Shown here: one piece after another, positions 23,563 to 37,537 of the stretch | Layout of the letters: each line of letters begins with the position of its first letter | How positions within the stretch are numbered: position 1 is the first letter of the stretch | Assembly: GCA_010909165.1 (NCBI GenBank) | Contig: VJWM01000019.1 | Coordinates: 1 to 64,000, forward strand | Direction of reading: 5' to 3' | DNA length: 64,000 bases | Source of the DNA: Anthoceros angustus | Taxonomy: Eukaryota; Plantae; Anthocerotophyta | Position numbers and translations under genes: made by a program | Notes under the pieces: generated by a model | Told to the model about the DNA's origin: nothing | Databases searched by the model: none | Seen by the model: only the letters and a program-made list of their open reading frames with translations

Positions 23563-24579
23563 TACACGGACCAAGACTTAAGTAATGAAGAAGATATTGA
23601 TGAAGAATTAAATTATGGAGAAGATTGTGACAAAGACTTTAAGTAATGAAGAAGATTTTGAGGAAGACTTTAGTGATTGAAAGAGATTCGGATGAAGACT
23701 CAAGTAATTAAGGAGACACTCAGAATTCATGATGAAGTCAAGGTCGAGTATGAAGCATTGTACAATGAATGATAAAATACACGTACTAGTCGTGTATGAA
23801 AATATTAGGATTATTGCATATACTTAAAGAGAGAGCTTAATATAAGCGTAATTGAGCCTACTTGGAGATCATAGCTCTTTAATTGAGCTTGGATCGGATA
23901 TGGTAGCTACTCGGAGATAGATTAGGAAGGATGTCATTCCAAGTGAGGGTCATTATGTTGTAAGATTAAGAAAAATTGGACCCAAGTGAAGATTATTGCA
24001 TTAGAAAGTTAAATTGTTGTGGTAGCTACTATTCTAAATTTGGAGCATAGTGTAATAGTAGTATTCTAAGCATAATAATAACATAAAATGAACAATACTA
24101 TAGTTAGCTCATGGCCCTTTATAAAGGTTTAGCGGCCTAGAATTCATAAGAAACACTACTATAGTTAGCTCATGGCCCTTTATAAAGGTTTGGCGGCCTA
24201 GTATTCAAAAGTTCTATCACGTTAGCTCATGTGTTTCGTTCTTCACTTGTGGTGTAAAGTATATCTCAACATCAAGATATTATATGTTTTGTGTCCTATA
24301 TATTTTGCTACGTCGACTTTATGTGTTTGTTCCACACTTGTCGCATAAAGCATATCTCAACAACGTGTGAAAAGATTATAATTGCATCACCTATATTTGA
24401 AGATATACATGTATTAGCTCTTCAATTGAGCCTGCTTACGATTACTAGCTTTTTAATTGAGTTTACCCAGAGATAGTAGGTCCTCCATTAAAGATTCTTC
24501 TCTAGGTTATGAATAAGCTTTCAATACCAATATATTGGACTTGTTATATTGGTACTTGTGGAGTGAACAGTTCACAGTA

Positions 24580-25849
24580 ATGAAGATAATAAACTCATCA
24601 ACTTCTGAGAGTTCGGAAGAGGATACAATATCTGGTTCTCCACACTCAGATTCCAAAACCAATCACATACTCGAAGATGGCCAGAGTGGTCCTTTACGTG
24701 CACCTCAATGTCTTCCAGACGATTTCCCCCTTCCAACAGTTGAAGCAAAAGAGTCAGGATATGGGTGGCCGTATGCACCCATGCCTTGGCCGGGTCCAAA
24801 CGACATGTGGATGTGGAAAAGTTTAAGTAAGCCTCAAAACGTGATCCATATTAGGAGTAGATCTTTGCTCCACTAGCGTTTTGCAAGAATAGCGAAAAGA
24901 GCAAGACCTTTAAGAGCAAGGAAGCATTGCGAGATATGAAAGAAAATTATCCGTAATTAGATGTGGATGATTTTTCTTATCTTTTCAATGGAAAAGTGCC
25001 TATCAAAATTGAAGTTGACGACTCTATTGATAATGGAGAGAAGACAAAGATAAAGTCGACATCGAATACAAAGCATCATCAAGACTTACTTTGTGTGGAC
25101 TCACTTCTTAATGAATCGACATCCGACTTTGGAAAAGTCATATGTAAGAAGGAAGAGGAAGACTCGATGACGCAGATGATTTTGAAGCGTTGTGCAAAGT
25201 TCATGTCAACATCCTCATCTTTGAAGAGGTCCATGAGTCCAACCACGGTAATGATTTTGAGAGCAAGAAAACCGCGAAAAACCTAGACAATTTGCAAAGA
25301 AACCTCTTGTAGAGCCATCGCCTTCCCAAGAAGGTAGCTTGCCTCAAGCAAGTCTTGCGGGTGGATACGGTGGTGAAGCCGCCATCTTACCTTCTCGCCT
25401 ATTTCAAGGAGGCTCATGGCGAGCCTGTGACCGTGGTCTCTGGAGCCGATGAAAGAAATGTTTTGGGCTTGGTATGGTCAGGGAGAGAATATGTTTGAAG
25501 ATATGCATGGAAATAACAGAGGATGCCTACATCAAAAACATTTGGACTGCCAGAGAGACTATGAAGTGGTGTGCAAACAATGGATACGAGGAACCAAAGG
25601 CGCCTAGCTTGGAGGAAGCATCTAGATGCGTGAAGATGTTGGTGAGAAAATCTTCAATCAATGACATAGATTATAATAGGTGGAAGTAGATGAGGACGCA
25701 TCAAGACGTGGATGATGATGTACATGAAGAACACGAACAATCGGATAAAGACTTTAGTAATGGAGAAAATGTAGGTATTAAGTGATGAGCAATTGGAGGA
25801 AGACTTAAATATCAAGAGGGTTTTCATTCATGGAAGACTTAAATTATGA
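24580..25849 (+). CDS. Array gene copy 1: DUF7081-like/U-box/acidic-tail protein (frameshifts in assembly)
   Basis: ATG AAG ATA to ...AAATTATGA. Frames 24535..24876, 24963..25286 and 25474..25689 match the consensus. Confidence 0.7.
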
Positions 25850-26819
25850 AGTACACCGGACCAAGACTTAAGTAATGAAGAAGATATTGATGAAGAATTA
25901 AATGATGGAGAAGATTGTGACAAAGACTTTAAGTAATGAAGAAGATTTTGAGGAAGACTTTAGTGATTGAAAGAGATTCGGATGAAGACTCAAGTAATTA
26001 AGGAGACACTCACGAATTCATGATGAAGTCAAGGTCAGTATGAAGCATTGTACAATGAATGATAAAATATTGATCTAAGGAATATGTACGAGGTATGCAT
26101 AAGGACAAGAACAAAAGTTTGACCGTTTATAGCTTTTATGCGATGGAGTTGGCCACGCTACATGTATGGCTCTTTGTCCTTACTTACTTGGCCTGAGTTC
26201 GGTGAACCCTAAGCCCAAGGGGTAGGAGCTACAAACAAGAATTGCAAGGGCTCTCATGAGCGGATGGAAGAAATTATTCATGAGCATGGATGGCATGCTC
26301 AAGATGGAGGCTAGGGTGGCAAGCTTGTGAGTTCAACCTATCCCACTTGCGTTGTGTATGGACACCGCCTACTTACATTCCCTTCATCTGCCTTTTTTGC
26401 TTCCTCACAAGCAGTCACGATCTCCGGATAAATTGTCGCCACGCTTTAGAATTTGCAACCGAGCCCATGGGGTGTGTTCGACGATCCTCTTGTACCTCAC
26501 TTGCTTTCCCTCTTTCATTACGCGCTTCCAAAACCTAACACCTTGATTGTCCTTGGCAGTGCTCAAAGAAAGAAAAGGAGGAGGAATAGCCTAGCCGCTA
26601 GAAAGGTCTTCTCGATGACCCCATCTCACCTCCTCCATGCCTGTATGCTCAATCGATGTAGGAATTCAAAATATAGGAACCGGACGACGATCCGGGTGAT
26701 GTCACCGAGTTACTTTGTGATAGCTAGATTGATGATGGTAGACATAGTTACTATTTGGAACCTCACTTGGAGGCTACAATAGAGGGATGGTGGATTGCTC
26801 CATATGCGACAATCGAAAT

Positions 26820-27230
26820 GATGTGTTGAGACATGTGTAAGAGCATGGTTAATTAGTTTTAATTGTACGACAAATGACATGATAGGTTGAGACATGTACA
26901 AGAGCATGCACAATTTGGATAAATGACATGATATGTTGAGACATGTATAAGAGCATGCCTAATTTGTTTTAATTATACGATAAATGTATATTTTTCCCCA
27001 AGAGGGAATGGAAAACCTATAACAACGATACAATACAAAGAATCAAGAGTGTTCTACAAAGAATCAAGAGTGTTTTCCGCTGGTACGGTCTAGGTGTCAC
27101 TTTCTCCCCAAGAGGGAATGGAAAACCTATAACAACGATACAATACAAAGAATCAAGAGTGTTCTTGTTGGTACGGTCTAGGTGTCACGTTAAGATAAAG
27201 ATCACAAGATCGAGGCCACCGAGCTGAAAA
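26820..27230 (+). repeat. Spacer subrepeats in each unit: 3x TTGAGACATGT(G/A)(T/C)AAGAGCATG (~50-62 bp) and 2x ~111-bp CCCCAAGAGGGAATGGAAAACCTATAACAACG block
   Basis: Direct reading, conserved in all complete units. Coordinates are for the first full spacer. Confidence 0.9.
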
Positions 27231-27807
27231 TTGCATGCTACTTGGTTCTTGCGAGTTGCAGGCACCGACTTCAAGCAATACCATGCCATAGTGAGGAAGA
27301 TGATAAAAGACCACAAAGATCGATTTAAATGATGATGATGTCGTGTCCGCTGCGGCGATATGACCTCGAAAGACCACGCCTCTGAGGGTTAGAGCCTCAC
27401 CATGCTTGTAAGATGTCTTGGAGCAAAACGTGTTGAAGTAGGACACCGGAGAGAAGACGAAGATGAAGTCATTGTCGGATAATGAATGACAAAGAACATA
27501 CACGCATTAGTCGTATGAAAATATTAGGATTACATTGCATATACTTAAAGAGAGAGCTTAATATAAGCGTCTTAATTGAGCCTACTTGGAGATCATAGCT
27601 CTTTAATTGAGCTTGGTATGTAGCTTACTAGATAGATTAGGAAGGATGTCATTCCAAGTGAGGGTCATTATGTTGTAAGATTAAGAAAAATTGGACCCAA
27701 GTGAAGATTATTGCATTAGAAAGTTAAATTGTTGTAAGTAGCTACTATTCTAAATTTGGAGCATAGTGTAATAGTAGTATTCTAAGCATAATAATAACAT
27801 AAAATGA

Positions 27808-27945
27808 ACAATACTATAGTTAGCTCATGGCCCTTTATAAAGGTTTAGCGGCCTAGAATTCATAAGAAACACACTATAGTTAGCTCATGGCCCTTTATAA
27901 AGGTTTGGCCTAGTATTCAAAAGTTCTATGCGTTAGCTCATGTGT
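27808..27945 (+). promoter_or_regulatory. Duplicated TATA-like module (TATAGTTAGCTCATGGCCCTTTATAAAGGTTT) ~350-450 bp upstream of each gene ATG
   Basis: Two ~58-bp copies plus a third partial GTTAGCTCATG. Promoter function is inferred from position and the TTTATAAA motif only. Confidence 0.4.
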
Positions 27946-28279
27946 TTCGTTCTTCACTTGTGGTGTAAAGTATATCTCAACATCAAGATATTATATGTTT
28001 TGTGTCCTATATATTTTGCGTGTCGCCTTTTATGTGTTTGCTCCACACTTGTCGATAAAGCATATCTCAACAACGATGAAAAGATTATAATTGCATCACC
28101 TATATTTGAAGATATATGTATTAGCTCTTCAATTGAGCCTACGATTACTAGCTTTTAATTGAGTTTACCTGCAGATAGTAGGTCCTCCATTAAAGATTCT
28201 TCTCTAGCTTATTAATAAGCTTTCAATACCAATATATTGGACTTGTTATATTGGTACTTGTGGAGGAACAATTCCATGA

Positions 28280-29539
28280 ATGAAGATAACAAACTCATCA
28301 ACTTCGAGAGTAAGAGGATACAATATCCAGTTCTCCACACTGATTCCAAAACCAATCACATACTCAAGATGGCGAGTGGTCCTTTACGCACCTCAATGTC
28401 TTCAGATTTCCTTCCAACAGCTTGAAGCAAAAGAGTCGGGATATGGGTGGTCAGATGCACCCATGCCTTGGGTCCAAACGACATGTGGATGTGGAAAGTT
28501 TCGTAAGCCTCAAAACGTGATCCATATTGGGTAGTAGATCTTTGACCCGCCCACTTTAGCTTTGCAAGAATAGCGAAAGGAGCAAGACCTTTAAGAGCAA
28601 GGAAAGCATTCGCAGATATATGAAAAGAAAATTATCCGAATTAGATGTGGATGATTTTTCTTATCTTTTCAATGGAAAGTGCCTATCAAAATTGAAGTTG
28701 ACGACTCTATTGATAATCGAGAGAAGACAAAGATAAAGTCGACATCAATCATCATCAAGACTTACTTTGTGTGGACTCACTTCTTAATGAATCGACATCG
28801 CGACTTTGGAAAAGTCATATGTACAAAGAAGGAAGAGGAAGACTCGGCGACGCAGATGATTTTGAAGCGTTTTGTGTGCAAAGTTCATGTCAACATCCTC
28901 ATCTTTGAAGAGGTCGCCACAGAGTCCAACCACGTGAATGATTTTGAGAGCAAGAAAACCGCGAAAAACCTAGACAATTTGCAAAGAAACCTCTTGTAGA
29001 GCCATCGCCTTCCCAAGAAGGTAGCTTGCCTCAAGCAAGTCTTGTGCGGTGGATAGGTGGTGAAGCCATCTACCTTCTCTCGCCCTATTTCAAGGAGGCT
29101 CATGGCGAGCTGTGACCGTGGTCTCTGGAGCCGCCGCGAAAAGAAATGTTTTGGGCTTGGTATGGGGAGAGAATATGTTTGAAGACAGCATGGAAATAAC
29201 AGAGGATGCCTACATCAAAACATTTGGACTGCCAGAGACTATGAAGTGGTGTGCAAACAATGGATACGAGGAACCAAAGGCGCCTAGCTTGGAGGAAGCA
29301 TCTAGATGCGTGAAGATGTTGGTGAGAAAATCTTCAATCAATGACATAGATTATAATCCCGAGGTGGAAGTAGATGAGGACGCATCAAGACGTGGATGAT
29401 GATGTACATGAAGAACACGAACAATCGGATAAAAGACTTTAGTAATGGAGAAAATGTAGGTATTAAGACCGATGAGCAATTGGAGGAAGACTTAAATATC
29501 AAAGAGGGTTTTCACATTCATGGAAGACTTAAATTATGA
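28280..29539 (+). CDS. Array gene copy 2
   Basis: ORF pieces 28280..28534, 28679..28999 and 29112..29399. Confidence 0.7.
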
Positions 29540-32012
29540 AGTACACCGGACCAAGACTTAAGTAATGAAGAAGATATTGATGAAGAATTAAATGATGGAG
29601 AAGATTGTGACAAAGACTTAAGTAATGAAGAAGATTTTGAGGAAGACTTTAGTGATTGAAAGAGATTCGGATGAAGACTCAAGTAATTAAGGAGACACTC
29701 ACGAATTCATGATGAAGTCAAGGTCGAGTATGAAGCATTGTACAATGAATGATAAAATATTGATCTAAGGAATATGTACGAGGTATGCATAAGGACAAGA
29801 ACAAAAGTTTGACCGTTTATAGCTTTTAATTGTACGACAAATGACATGATAGGTTGAGACATGTATGGCTCTTTGTCCTTACTTACTTGGCCTGCGGAGT
29901 TCGGTGAACCCTAAGCCCACGAAGGGGTAGGAGCTACAAACAAGAATTGCAAGGGCTCCTCATGAGCGGATGGAAGAAAATTATTCATGAGCATGGATGG
30001 CATGCTCGATTATGGAGGCTAGGGTGGCAAGCTTGTGAGTTCAACCTATCCCACTTGCGTTGTGTATGGACACCGCCACGCCGACATTCTCTTCATCGTT
30101 TTTTCGCTTTCACGGTGAAAGCTTTGAAACAGTCACCGATCTCCGGATAAATTGTCGTCACGCTTTAGAATTGCAACCGAGCCCATGATGGGGTGTGTTC
30201 GACGATCCTCTTGTACCTCACTTGCTTTCCTCTTTCATTACCACGTTCCAAAACCTAACACCTTGATTGTCCTTGGCGGTGCTCCCCAAGAAAGAAAAGG
30301 AGGAGGGAATAGCGCTAGCTCGAGCTGCAAAGGTCTTCTCGACAGCCCATCTCACCTCCTCCATGCTGTCGATGCTCAATCGATGTAGGAATTCAAAATA
30401 TAGGAATCCGGACGACGATCCGGGTGATGTCACCGCAAGTTACTTTGTGATAGCTAGATTGATGATGGTAGACATAGTTACTATTTGGAACCTCACTTGG
30501 AGGCTACAATAGAGGGATGGTGGATTGCTCCATATGCGACAATCGAAATGATGTGTTGAGACATGTGTAAGAGCATGGTTAATTAGTTTTAATTGTACGA
30601 CAAATGACATGATAGGTTGAGACATGTACAAGAGCATGCACAATTTGGATAAATGACATGATATGTTGAGACATGTATAAGAGCATGCCTAATTTGTTTT
30701 AATTATATGATAAATGTATATTTTTCCCCAAGAGGGAATGGAAAACCTATAACAACGATACAATACAAAGAATCAAGAGTGTTCTACAAAGAATCAAGAG
30801 TGTTTTCCGTTGGTACGGTCTAGGTGTCACTTTCTCCCCAAGAGGGAATGGAAAACCTATAACAACGATACAATACAAAGAATCAAGAGTGTTCTTGTTG
30901 GTACGGTCTAGGTGTCACGTTAAGATAAAGATCACAAGACCGAGGCCACTGAGGAATTGCATGCTACTTGGTTCTTGCGAGTCACGGTGCGACCGACTTC
31001 AAGCAATACCATGCCATAGTGAGGAAGATGATAAAAGACCACAAAGATCGACGAAATGATGATGATGTCGTGTCACAAGGCGCATATGACCTCGATACGC
31101 CTCGGTGAGGGTTAGAGCCTCACCATGCTTGTAAGATGTCTTGGAGCAAAACGTGTTGAAGTAGGACACGGAGAGAAGACGAAGATGAAGTCATTGTCGG
31201 ATAATGAATGACAAAGAACATACACGCATTTAGTCGTATGAAAATATTAGGATTACATTGCATATACTTAAAGAGAGCTTAATATAAGCGTCTTAATTGA
31301 GCCTACTTGGAGATCATAGCTCTTTAATTGAGCTTGGTCGATACGGTAGCTTACTCGAGATAGATTAGGAAGGATGTCATTCCAAGTGAGGGTCATTATG
31401 TTGTAAGATTAAGAAAAATTGGACCCAAGTGAAGATTATTGCATTAGAAAGTTAAATTGTTGTAAGTAGCTACTATTCTAAATTTGGAGCATAGTGTAAT
31501 AGTAGTATTCTAAGCATAATAATAACATAAAATGAACAATACTATAGTTAGCTCATGCCCTTTATAAAGGTTTAGCGGCCTAGAATTCATAAGAAACACT
31601 GCATTATAGTTAGCTCATGGCCCTTTATAAAGGTTTGGCCTAGTATTCAAAAGTTCTATGCGTTAGCTCATGTGTTTCGTTCTTCACTTGTGGTGTAAAG
31701 TATATCTCAACATCAAGATATTATATGTTTTGTGTCCTATATATTTTGCTACGTGTCGACTTTATGTGTTTGCTCCACACTTGTCGACAAAGCATATCTC
31801 AACAACGTATGAAAAGATTATAATTGCATCACCTATATTTGAAGATATACATGTATTAGCTCTTCAATTGAGCCTACGATTACTAGCTTTTAATTGAGTT
31901 TACCCAGATAGTAGGTCCTCCATTAAAGATTCTTCTCTAGCTTATTAATAAGCTTTCAATACCAATATATTGGACTTGTTATATTGGTACTTGTGGAGTG
32001 AACAATTCACGA

Positions 32013-33311
32013 ATGAAGATAATAAACTCATCAACTTCTGAGAGTTCGGAAGAGGATACAATATCCGGTTCTCCACACTCGATTCCAAAACCAATCACAT
32101 ACTCAAGATGGCCGAGTGGTCCTTTACGTGCACCTCAATGTCTTCCAGACGATTTCCCTTCCAACAGCTTGAAGCAAAAGAGTCGGGATATGGGTGGTCA
32201 GATGCACCCATGCCTTGGCCGGGTCCAAACGACATGTGGATGTGGAAAAGTTTCGTAAGCCTCAAAACGTGATCCATATTGGGCGAGTAGATCTTTGACC
32301 GCTCCACTAGCGTTTTGCAAGAATAGCGAAAGGAGCAAGACCTTTAAGAGCAAGGAAAGCATTCGCAGATATATGAAAAGAAAATTATCCGAATTAGATG
32401 TGGATGATTTTTCTTATCTTTCAATGGAAAGTGCCTATCAAAATTGAAGTTGACGACTCTATTGATAATCGGAGAGAAGACAAAGATAAAGTCGACATCG
32501 AATACAAAGCATCATCAAGACTTACTTTGTGTGGACTCACTTCTTAATGAATCGACATCGGCGACTTTGGAAAAGTCATATGTACAAAGAAGGAAGAGGA
32601 AGACTCGATGACGCAGATGCGGATTTGAAGCGTTTTGCAAAGTTCATGTCAACATCCTCATCTTTGAAGAGGTCGCTCACAGAGTCCAACCACGGTAATG
32701 ATTTTGAGAGCAAGAAAACCGCGAAAAAACCTAGACAATTTGCAAAGAAACCTCTTGTAGAGCCATCACCTTCCCAAGAAGGTAGCTTGCCTCAAGCAAG
32801 TCTTGTGCGGGTGGATACGGTGGTGAAGCCGCCATCTTACCTTCTCTGCCCTATTTCAAGGAGGCTCATGGCAGAGCCTGTGACCGTGGTCTCTGGAGCC
32901 GTTTGCGAAAAGAAATGTTTTGGGCTTGGTATGGTCTTGGGAGAGAATATGTTTGAAGACATGGAAATAACAGAGGATGCCTACATCAAAAACATTTGAC
33001 TGCCAGAGACTATGAAGTGGTGTGCAAACAATGGATACGAGGAACCAAAGGCGCCTAGCTTGGAGGAAGCATCTAGATGCGTGAAGATGTTGGTGAGAAA
33101 ATCTTCAATCAATGACATAGATTATAATCCCGAGGTGGAAGTAGATGAGGACGCAATTCAAGACGTGGATGATGATGTACATGAAGAACACGAACAATCG
33201 GATAAAGACTTTAGTAATGGAGAAAATGTAGGTATTAAGACCGATGAGCAATTGGAGGAAGACTTAAATATCAAAGAGGGTTTTCACATTCATGGAAGAC
33301 TTAAATTATGA
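32013..33311 (+). CDS. Array gene copy 3 (best-preserved U-box start, ~32829-33036)
   Basis: KPPSYLLCPISRRLMAEPVTVVSGA (32529..32999) and MKWCANNGY (33012..33311). Confidence 0.75.
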
Positions 33312-36300
33312 AGTACACCGGACCAAGACTTAAGTAATGAAGAAGATATTGATGAAGAATTAAATGATGGAGAAGATTGTGACAAAGACTTAAGTAATGA
33401 AGAAGATTTTGAGGAAGACTTTAGTGATTGAAAGAGATTCGATGAAGACTCAAGTAATTAAGGAGACACTCACGAATTCATGATGAAGTCAAGGTCGAGT
33501 ATGAAGCATTGTACAATGAATGATAAAATATTGATCTAAGGAATATGTACGAGGTATGCATAAGGACAAGAACAAAAGTTTGACCGCTTATAGCTTTTGC
33601 GATGGAGTTGGCCACGCACATGTATGGCTCTTTGTCCTTACTTACTTGGCCTGCGGAGTTCCGGTGAACCCTAAGCCCACGAAGGGGTAGGAGCTACAAA
33701 CAAGAATTGCAAGGGCTCCTCATGAGCGGATGGAAGAAAATTATTCATGAGCATGGATGGCATGCTCAAGATGGAGGCTAGGGTGGCAAGCTTGTGAGTT
33801 CAACCTATCCCACTTGCGTTGTGTATGGACACCGCCTACTGTACATTCCCTTCATCGGCTGCCTTTTTGCTTCCTACAGAAAGCCCTTTGAAACAGTCAC
33901 CGATCTCCGATAAATTGTCGTCACGCTTTAGAATTTGCAACCGAGCCCATGATGGGGTGTGTTCGACGATCCTCTTGTACCTCACTTGCTTTCCCTCTTT
34001 CATTACCACGCTTCCAAAACCTAACACCTTGATTGTCCTTGGCGGTGCTCCCCAGAAAGAAAAGGAGGAGGAATAGCGCTAGCCTGAGCAAAGGTCTTCT
34101 CGACAGCCCATCTCACCTCCTCCATGCTCGTATGCGATGCTCAATCGATGTAGGAATTCAAAATATAGGAATCCGGACGACGCATCCGGGTGATGTCACC
34201 GCAAGTTACTTTGTGATAGCTAGATTGATGATGGTAGACATAGTTACTATTTGGAACCTCACTTGGAGGCTACAATAGAGGGATGGTGGATTGCTCCATA
34301 TGCGACAATCGAAATGATGTGTTGAGACATGTGTAAGAGCATGGTTAATTAGTTTTAATTGTACGACAAATGACATGATAGGTTGAGACATGTACAAGAG
34401 CATGCACAATTTGGATAAATGACATGATATGTTGAGACATGTATAAGAGCATGCCTAATTTGTTTTAATTATACGATAAATGTATATTTTTCCCCAAGAG
34501 GAATGGAAAACCTATAACAACGATACAATACAAAGAATCAAGAGTGTTCTACAAAGAATCAAGAGTGTTTTCCGTTGGTACGGTCTAGGTGTCACTTTCT
34601 CCCCAAGAGGAATGGAAAACCTATAACAACGATACAATACAAAGAATCAAGAGTGTTCTTGTTGGTACGGTCTAGGTGTCACGTTAAGATAAAGATCACA
34701 AGATCGAGGCCACGAGCTCGAAATTGCATGCTACTTGGTTCTTGCGAGTCACGGTGCGACTTCAAGCAATACCATGCCATAGTGAGGAAGATGATAAAAG
34801 ACCACAAAGATCGACGAAATGATGATGATGTCGTGTCACAAGGCGAGGCCACTGAGCTCGAAATTGCATGCTACTTGGTTCTTGCGAGTCACGGTGTGCG
34901 CGACTTCAAGCAATACCATGCCATAGTGAGGAAGATGATAAAAGACCACAAAGATCGACGAAATGATGATGATGTCGTGTCACGCGCATATGACCTCGAG
35001 CGTACGCCTCGGTGAGGGTTAGAGCCTCACCATGCTTGTAAGATGTCTTGGAGCAAAACGTGTTGAAGTAGGACACGGAGAGAAGACGAAGATGAAGTCA
35101 TTGTCGGATAATGAATGACAAGAACATACACGTACTAGTCGTATGAAAATATTAGGATTACATTGCATATACTTAAAGAGAGAGCTTAATATAAGCGTCT
35201 TAATTGAGCCTACTTGGAGATCATAGCTCTTTAATTGAGCTTGGTCGATACGGTAGCTTACTCGAGATAGATTAGGAAGGATGTCATTCCAAGTGAGGGT
35301 CATTATGTTGTAAGATTAAGAAAAATTGGACCCAAGTGAAGATTATTGCATTAGAAAGTTAAATTGTTGTAAGTAGCTACTATTCTAAATTTGGAGCATA
35401 GTGTAATAGTAGTATTCTAAGCATAATAATAACATAAAATGAACAATACTATAGTTAGCTCATGGCCCTTTATAAAGGTTTAGCGGCCTAGAATTCATAA
35501 GAAACACATATAGTTAGCTCATGGCCCTTTATAAAGGTTTGGCCTAGTATTCAAAAGTTCTATCGTTAGCTCATGTGTTTCGTTCTTCACTTGTGGTGTA
35601 AAGTATATCTCAACATCAAGATATTATATGTTTTGTGTCCTATATATTTTTCCCCAAGAGGGAATGGAAAACCTATAACAACGATACAATACAAAGAATC
35701 AAGAGTGTTCTACAAAGAATCAAGAGTGTTCTTGTTGGTACGGTCTAGGTGTCACTTTCTCCCCAAGAGGGAATGGAAAACCTATAACAACGATACAATA
35801 CAAAGAATCAAGAGTGTTCTTGTTGGTACGGTCTAGGTGTCACGTTAAGATAAAGATCACAAGATCGAGGCCACTGAGCTCGAAATTGCATGCTACTTGG
35901 TTCTTGCGAGTCACGGTGCGACCGACTTCAAGCAATACCATGCCATAGTGAGGAAGATGATAAAAGACCACAAAGATCGACGAAATGATGATGATGTCGT
36001 GTCACGCGCATATGACCTCGAGCAAGATTACGCCTCGGTGAGGGTTAGAGCCTCACCATGCTTGTAAGATGTCTTGGAGCAAAACGTGTTGAAGTAGGAC
36101 ACGGAGAGAAGACGAAGATGAAGTCATTGTCGGATAATGAATGACAAGAACATACACGTACTAGTCGTATGAAAATATTAGGATTACATTGCATATACTT
36201 AAAGAGAGCTTAATATAAGCGTCTTAATTGAGCCTACTTGGAGATCATAGCTCTTTAATTGAGCTTGGTCGATACGGTAGCTTACTCGGAGATAGATTAG

Positions 36301-37537
36301 GAAGGATGTCATTCCAAGTGAGGGTCATTATGTTGTAAGATTAAGAAAAATTGGACCCAAGTGAAGATTATTGCATTAGAAAGTTAAATTGTTGTAAGTA
36401 GCTACTATTCTAAATTTGGAGCATAGTGTAATAGTAGTATTCTAAGCATAATAATAACATAAAATGAACAATACTATAGTTAGCTCATGGCCCTTTATAA
36501 AGGTTTAGCGGCCTAGAATTCATAAGAAACACTGTACTATAGTTAGCTCATGGCCCTTTATAAAGGTTTGGCCTAGTATTCAAAAGTTCTATGCGTTAGC
36601 TCATGTGTTTCGTTCTTCACTTGTGGTGTAAAGTATATCTCAACATCAAGATATTATATGTTTTGTGTCCTATATATTTTGCTACGTGTCGACTTTATGT
36701 GTTTGCTCCACACTTGTCGCATAAAGCATATCTCAACAACGTATGAAAAGATTATAATTGCATCACCTATATTTGAAGATATACATGTATTAGCTCTTCA
36801 ATTGAGCCTACTTGGAGATCATAGCTCTTTAATTGAGCCTACTTGGAGATCATAGCTCTTTAATTGAGTTTACCCGGAGATAGATTAGGAAGGATGTCAT
36901 TCCAAGTGAGGGTCATTATGTTGTAAGATTAAGAAAAATTGGACCCAAGTGAAGATTATTGCATTAGAAAGTTAAATTGTTGTAAGTAGCTACTATTCTA
37001 AATTTGGAGCATAGTGTAATAGTAGTATTCTAAGCATAATAATAACATAAAATGAACAATACTATAGTTAGCTCATGGCCCTTTATAAAGGTTTAGCGGC
37101 CTAGAATTCATAAGAAACACATACTATAGTTAGCTCATGGCCCTTTATAAAGGTTTGGCCTAGTATTCAAAAGTTCTATCGTTAGCTCATGTGTTTCGTT
37201 CTTCACTTGTGGTGTAAAGTATATCTCAACATCAAGATATTATATGTTTTGTGTCCTATATATTTTGCTACGTGTCGACTTTATGTGTTTCGTTCCACAC
37301 TTGTCGCATAAAGCATATCTCAACAACGTATGAAAAGATTATAATTGCATCACCTATATTTGAAGATATACATGTATTAGCTCTTCAATTGAGCCGCCAC
37401 GATTACTAGCTTTTAATTGAGTTTACCCGGAGATAGTAGGTCCTCCATTAAAGATTCTTCTCTAGCTTATTAATAAGCTTTCAATACCAATATATTGGAC
37501 TTGTTATATTGGTACTTGTGGAGTGAACAATTCACGA

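Noticed and set aside
24535-24579. MDLLYWYLW... N-terminal extension as a real protein start
   Set aside because: It begins at TTG and its frame differs between copies. The ATG of MKITNSS is the more consistent start.
26710-26913. Recurrent 67-aa minus-strand ORF MCMLLYMSQPIM... as a second gene in the unit
   Set aside because: It overlaps the AGACATGT subrepeats, has no recognisable motif, and its recurrence only reflects the identity of the repeat units.
31104-31124. GGTGAGG-N7-CCTCACC hairpin in each unit as a Helitron 3' end
   Set aside because: No CTRR terminus at the expected distance on either strand, and no Rep/helicase sequence. A 7-bp stem is unremarkable.
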